A stretch of DNA of 43,247 nucleotides from an uncultured virus (IMG/VR IMGVR_UViG_3300021255_004486). Lineage: Duplodnaviria > Heunggongvirae > Uroviricota > Caudoviricetes. Each line of letters starts with the position of its first letter. Position 1 is the first letter of the stretch. The stretch is taken from IMG/VR virus record IMGVR_UViG_3300021255_004486; one strand, given 5' to 3'. The notes under the pieces are model-generated. The model was not told where the DNA came from. It made no database searches and saw nothing but the letters and a program-made list of their open reading frames with translations. The position numbers and the translations under genes are program-made. Of the stretch, positions 38,970 to 43,247 are shown in pieces.

Positions 38970-40841
38970 ATGAAATTACCAGAGATAGACGAATCAAACG
39001 AGCAGATCGGCTTTGATTTCGAAGAAGAACCAATCGATATGGATGATGTCCCCGGGACTAAAACAAGTCTCGGGAAGGCACTTCCTTTCCTTATCGGTGG
39101 CACAGCAGTAGCAATAATCGCTACAGTTGGCCTTATCGCAGCCGCGGTAAACAGTAAAAATAAAGCCACTGAAACGGTCACACCGTCTGATGCGATGCAC
39201 GCTGAGTCAGTAACCGCAGAAGAGGAAGAGTATCTGATGGGTACTACTTATCAGAACGCCCGCGGATACATAGAAAGGAATCTCACAGATGAAAACGGAA
39301 ATGTGGATTTCTCAACCCTCTCAGACGAGCAGTTGGATACTCTCACAAAAGAGATTCGAAGTGAGCTTATAAAGAACAACGATATGCTCACTCCATCCGA
39401 TGTTCAGACTATATCAAGCGCAGTATTTGACCAGTTGATCAAGGATTACAGCTCCAAGGGGATGTCTGATGAAGACACAAAGAGCTTAATGGATAGGATC
39501 GAGGCACTTGAGACTGATAACGCAGACATCACCACAGCCTTGAAAGCTGTAAGGACTGTTAAGGGCGAAAAAGGCGACAAGGGCGACAAGGGTGACCGTG
39601 GCGAGCCCGGTGTTAAAGGCGACAAGGGTGACCGAGGCGATACGGGTGCACGAGGCGACAAAGGTGACCAGGGTATACAGGGTATAGCAGGCCAGGATGG
39701 TAGAGACGGCGTAGGTATTGTTGGAATATCAAAGACCGGCACCGCAGGGCTTGTAGATACATACACAATAACCCGTACCGACGGCAACACATCAATCTTT
39801 GAAGTAGTAAACGGAGAAGTTGGTGCAGATGGTGCAGGCATTGAGAATATCCAGAAAACCGCTACAAACGGACTTCTCGATGAATATACCATAACCTATG
39901 CCGGCGGGAAAAAGACCACCTTTAACGTGACAAACGGCTTAGATGGTATAGATGTAACCGGAATAACCTTTAAGGAATCCGATGCGACCGGGCTTCACGA
40001 TACATACACAGTTAATTACTCAAATGGCGCATCCGACACGATAACTGTTACAAACGGAAAGCAGATCGCGGACATTCAGAAGACCAATACATCATCGAAC
40101 GGCCTTATTGATACCTGGACTATCACTTATAATGATTCATCCACGGATGAACTTGTTATTTCAAACGGTGTTGGCATCAAGGGAATAAATAAGACCGGCA
40201 CATCAGATCTTACCGATACATACACGATCACGTATGCAGATGATACAACAGACGTGTTCACGGTTAAGAATGGTGAAAAAGGTGAAAAAGGTGATACCGG
40301 TAATGGCATCGCATCAATAGAAAGAACAAACAGAAATGCTCTTACCGACACATATACTATCACCTACACAGACGGCAATACAAGCACTTATGACGTTGTA
40401 AACGGTGCAACCGGTACTGGTATCCGTAACATTGCCAAAACAAGCACAGAAGGTGTTACAGACACCTACACGATCACAATGACGGACGATTCAACAATTC
40501 CGTTTACCGTTACAAACGGCGTATCCGTGACCGGAACAGAAAAGACTGGAACGGCAGGGCTTGTAGATACATACACGATGTCATACTCAAACGGAACCAC
40601 ATCAAACTTCACTGTCACCAATGGTGAAAAGGGTGATACCGGTTCGGGTTCATTCATCAGATATGCAGATGATGCAAGCGGTAGCAATATGCAGTCTGCT
40701 CCGACATCAACATCAGCATACTTTGGCGTGTACATCGGTGATTCTGCATCAGATAATCCGAGTGATTACACTTGGATGAAATTTAGAGATTACACCGCTG
40801 AGTTTAGCGGAGATACAGTGACATTCACTATAGTCAATTAA
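38970..40841 (+). CDS. membrane-anchored collagen-like protein with 8 DTYTITY repeats
   Basis: N-terminal TM, Gly-X-Y run, eight ~36-aa GI..I.KT...GL.DTYTITY.DG....F.VTNG repeats, C-terminal RYADDASG...DNPSDYTW domain. Confidence 0.85.
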   Translation: MKLPEIDESNEQIGFDFEEEPIDMDDVPGTKTSLGKALPFLIGGTAVAIIATVGLIAAAVNSKNKATETVTPSDAMHAESVTAEEEEYLMGTTYQNARGYIERNLTDENGNVDFSTLSDEQLDTLTKEIRSELIKNNDMLTPSDVQTISSAVFDQLIKDYSSKGMSDEDTKSLMDRIEALETDNADITTALKAVRTVKGEKGDKGDKGDRGEPGVKGDKGDRGDTGARGDKGDQGIQGIAGQDGRDGVGIVGISKTGTAGLVDTYTITRTDGNTSIFEVVNGEVGADGAGIENIQKTATNGLLDEYTITYAGGKKTTFNVTNGLDGIDVTGITFKESDATGLHDTYTVNYSNGASDTITVTNGKQIADIQKTNTSSNGLIDTWTITYNDSSTDELVISNGVGIKGINKTGTSDLTDTYTITYADDTTDVFTVKNGEKGEKGDTGNGIASIERTNRNALTDTYTITYTDGNTSTYDVVNGATGTGIRNIAKTSTEGVTDTYTITMTDDSTIPFTVTNGVSVTGTEKTGTAGLVDTYTMSYSNGTTSNFTVTNGEKGDTGSGSFIRYADDASGSNMQSAPTSTSAYFGVYIGDSASDNPSDYTWMKFRDYTAEFSGDTVTFTIVN

Positions 40842-40853
40842 GGAGGGCCAACA

Positions 40854-41117
40854 ATGAAAAGAAAGGTTTTGGCGTTAGCCGGTGTCATTACGGCGGGTGC
40901 AATAGCGATATCTCCGTTGGCAATATACGCAGCGGGTTCGAATGTAGGCACTATATCCGTAATGAACGAAGGAGTGGAGACAATCCACATCGTAGCATCT
41001 GATTTTGACAATATCGATTCATGGAAGACCGATATGGACGCTCATGAGAATATCATCGATCAGAAGATGGAAGAAATCAGAGCAAAAGCACAGATAATTG
41101 AGTCAGTAACACCTTAA
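40854..41117 (+). CDS. small secreted protein, similar to N-terminus of downstream gene
   Basis: Signal peptide; GVETIHIVASDF vs GVTKVRIDANDL; C-terminal coiled coil. Confidence 0.75.
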   Translation: MKRKVLALAGVITAGAIAISPLAIYAAGSNVGTISVMNEGVETIHIVASDFDNIDSWKTDMDAHENIIDQKMEEIRAKAQIIESVTP

Positions 41118-41132
41118 TCGGAGGGTAAACAG

Positions 41133-42116
41133 ATGAAAAAGAAACTTATCGCTTTAATATCAGCAGCAGCAATAGCAATCGCAGCCATTCCTGTCGGCGT
41201 ATCAGCCGTAGGCGCAAGAGAGGGCTCTATATCGTCATTTGGTGTATTTGAATACAAAGATGGCGGCGTAACAAAGGTTAGGATCGATGCTAACGACTTA
41301 AAGACAGTCGCAGGCGGTATCGACACTGTAGAAGCAAAGATGGATTCCATCTATGATCCCGATGGCGGCCCTGGAGGAACACCTTCCGGTGAGCTTGCAG
41401 AGATAGGACAAACTGTATCAGATCTGGCAGATGCAGTATCTCTTAGCTCATCCGAGGCAGCCGCTCCGGCAAACGTGCTGTCCGGCAAAAAGTACATCAC
41501 AAAGGGTACAGACGGCAAGTTAACGGTTGAAACCGGTACTATGACCAGTTACAAGAATACAACAAGCACTACAGGCGCAACAACTTCCGCAGATCCGACA
41601 GAGAGTGGCACTCCTGGCGATCCCGGTTTCACGTCCGCAGCTGTCGTAAATCTCCCCGCAGGATATTATGACGGTAACACTCCTATCGATGTATCATCCA
41701 TCGCTAATCACTATTATGACGACGGGGTAGCTGCCGGAAAGGCATCTGCGACATTTAATGCTTCTGCGACAAATATAGGAGATGTTTCAGACTGGTCAGG
41801 GCATGGAAAATACTACATTACAACCGTTACATCAAGTACGCCGATCAACATTTCGTACATCCCTGGATATAAGAATTTAACCAACGATAATTTCTATTAT
41901 GTAGTAAGCAGTTATAATCTGCCCGGTGGTGCATTATCAAATCACATAGATACCTCGCAAATAAGCTATGTTGCAGCTTCCGTTAGTTACGATAGTTCAA
42001 ATGGTGTTTTGACTGTTACCCCTGCGGCTCTGTATTTTTATACGAATTGGGATGGCGGTGAAATGTCTGCTCGTAGACAAACCACAATAAGCACATATGT
42101 CTATCTGATTAAATAG
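41133..42116 (+). CDS. secreted fibre/adhesin-like protein with shufflon-variable C-terminus
   Basis: Signal peptide; phage-fibre-like ANVLSGKKY...GTM and LPAGYYDG motifs; last 75 codons start at site TTTCTATTATGT (41891). Confidence 0.85.
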   Translation: MKKKLIALISAAAIAIAAIPVGVSAVGAREGSISSFGVFEYKDGGVTKVRIDANDLKTVAGGIDTVEAKMDSIYDPDGGPGGTPSGELAEIGQTVSDLADAVSLSSSEAAAPANVLSGKKYITKGTDGKLTVETGTMTSYKNTTSTTGATTSADPTESGTPGDPGFTSAAVVNLPAGYYDGNTPIDVSSIANHYYDDGVAAGKASATFNASATNIGDVSDWSGHGKYYITTVTSSTPINISYIPGYKNLTNDNFYYVVSSYNLPGGALSNHIDTSQISYVAASVSYDSSNGVLTVTPAALYFYTNWDGGEMSARRQTTISTYVYLIK

Positions 42117-42350
42117 ACAATAGTGGTGATATTGCTTGATGAGGATGTCCCTCGTTCAGCTCCATAGACATAAGCCCCACCATAAGAAGCTACTCTTGCG
42201 GGGGTTACGGTTAAAATCCCGGCATCCGCGTCATAGCTTATGGATGGATTGTAATAATATCCGTAAGCCCAACAGTTCGAACAACTTCCTGAAAACACCA
42301 GTAACAGGAACATTTGAGGTAGATGTTCCATTGGATAATGCATAATAGAA
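42101..42350 (-). pseudogene. shufflon cassette 2 (silent; 1-nt frameshift)
   Basis: FYYALSNGTSTSNVPVTGV / SGSCSNCW...SISYDADAGILTVTP...IVYLIR*; 250 nt, extra base probably in A4 run 42292-42295. Confidence 0.75.
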
Positions 42351-42363
42351 ACGTATTTCGGTT

Positions 42364-42573
42364 TTCTATTATGTGGAATCAACTGCCAGTCAGTCCCGAA
42401 CTTCAATGTCGTGGTATAGTTGCACATACTATCCACCGGACTTGTCGTACAACCCAACTACCGGAGTTCTTACAATTTCCCCAAGCCATGAGACACTTGG
42501 TATTACTAATGGCTCATACGGCGTTGGTGCAGACACACTTGTCCATTCTGTCAGTGTTTACTTAATCAAATAG
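42364..42573 (+). other. shufflon cassette 3 (silent C-terminal ORF)
   Basis: FYYVESTAS...LSYNPTTGVLTISP...SVYLIK*, 210 nt in frame. Confidence 0.85.
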
Positions 42574-42791
42574 ACTATCGTAGACAGAACGGCTGTCTGA
42601 GTCTTTGTTTGACCAGTGCCCAGATTTTTGTAATACGCAGTTAACGATCCGGGGCTGACCGTAAGAACGCCCGTGGATGCGTTATAAGATACGGAGGGCA
42701 TTGATACGGAAGCCCAATAACCAATACTACCAACAGGGGCGTATCCAGCACTGGAATTCGGGGTTGTGGCAGACGAGGCAACATAATAGAA
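42558..42791 (-). other. shufflon cassette 4 (silent C-terminal ORF)
   Basis: FYYVASSAT...VSYNASTGVLTVSP...IVYLIK*, 234 nt in frame. Confidence 0.85.
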
Positions 42792-42805
42792 ACCATATAA
42801 GAGAT

Positions 42806-43030
42806 TTCTATTATGTCGTATCGAGTTATTCGGGCGATTATAAGGAGTCCAATCAAAATGCACACCACCACCCATTTTCATACGCCCAACCATCTATTTC
42901 ATACAATGCAAGTACGGGAGTTTTAACAGTTAGCCCTGCGTGTATAACACTTACATTTGCGTATAGCGGTGAAAGTAGTGGTTGGAGTCAAAAGTTCTAC
43001 CCCTCAACTGCCGTTTACTTAATCAAGTAG
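42806..43030 (+). other. shufflon cassette 5 (silent C-terminal ORF)
   Basis: FYYVVSSYS...ISYNASTGVLTVSP...AVYLIK*, 225 nt in frame. Confidence 0.85.
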
Positions 43031-43242
43031 ACTGCTGTCGAGATAGTGTAAGTCTTTCCATTACCCCATCCGCCACCATTTACATAATACTGATCTAACC
43101 TCATGGTGGCAGGGGTTACGCTTAGAGTTCCAGTAGAAGCAGCATACGAAATACTTGGAACTGTAAATGTACCGGCAGGATAATTTGCAGTCTCATTTGC
43201 GTTATAAAGTGTCTGTGATGTGCTTGATAATACATAATAGAA
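43015..43242 (-). other. shufflon cassette 6 (silent C-terminal ORF, not in ORF track)
   Basis: Manual translation FYYVLSSTSQT...ISYAASTGTLSVTPATMRL...AVYLIK*, 228 nt in frame. Confidence 0.85.
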
Positions 43243-43247
43243 ATTAT

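Larger units (their letters stand above)
41891..43243. mobile_element. shufflon (multiple DNA inversion region): 3 segments, 6 C-terminal cassettes
   Basis: TTTCTATTATG(T/C) sites at 41891+, 42340-, 42363+, 42781-, 42805+, 43232-; each opens a homologous FYY...SY....G.L.V.P...VYLI(K/R)* cassette. Confidence 0.9.

Noticed and set aside
38500..40640. Tandem DNA repeats as a CRISPR array or VNTR
   Set aside because: They are in-frame Gly-X-Y and 36-aa protein repeats without unique spacers; no cas genes.
37176..42116. Phage virion tail module
   Set aside because: The proteins carry signal peptides or TM anchors, and no tape measure, baseplate, capsid or lysis genes are adjacent.
42101..43030. 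ORF-track calls 42101-42457, 42558-42893 and 42677-43030 as independent genes
   Set aside because: Their N-terminal parts are antisense read-through of neighbouring cassettes with no RBS; homology begins only at the FYY site.
41891..43243. Cassettes as DGR template/variable repeats
   Set aside because: They differ by indels and at all base types rather than only at adenines, alternate in orientation and are bounded by inverted sites; no RT is present in the window.

Overview
Gene-dense 43 kb segment of a large Firmicutes mobile replicon, most likely a Lachnospiraceae/Clostridia megaplasmid, ICE or phage-plasmid (inferred from gene content, not proven). 1-35 kb holds many short phage-like hypothetical genes plus dUTPase, a DNA methyltransferase, GIY-YIG and HNH nucleases, two aberrant VirD4-like proteins, a membrane-anchored serpin, a cold-shock protein, a macrodomain, and a partial motility-signalling set (GGDEF, 2 MCPs, CheW, CheY, stand-alone FliA-like sigma region 4). 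A bipartite promoter-like motif with fixed spacing precedes many operons, and its 9-bp core is strongly over-represented. A ~770-nt structured non-coding region contains an atypical tRNA-like domain, and a second minimal tRNA-like element shares its unusual 7+6 bp acceptor/T stem. 35-43 kb encodes an Avd-like four-helix bundle, two membrane-anchored collagen/phage-fibre-like proteins and a secreted protein. The 3' end of the secreted protein's gene is followed by an R64-style shufflon: six C-terminal cassettes in three segments bounded by TTTCTATTATG inverted repeats. No recombinase, replication or virion structural genes are visible in the window.
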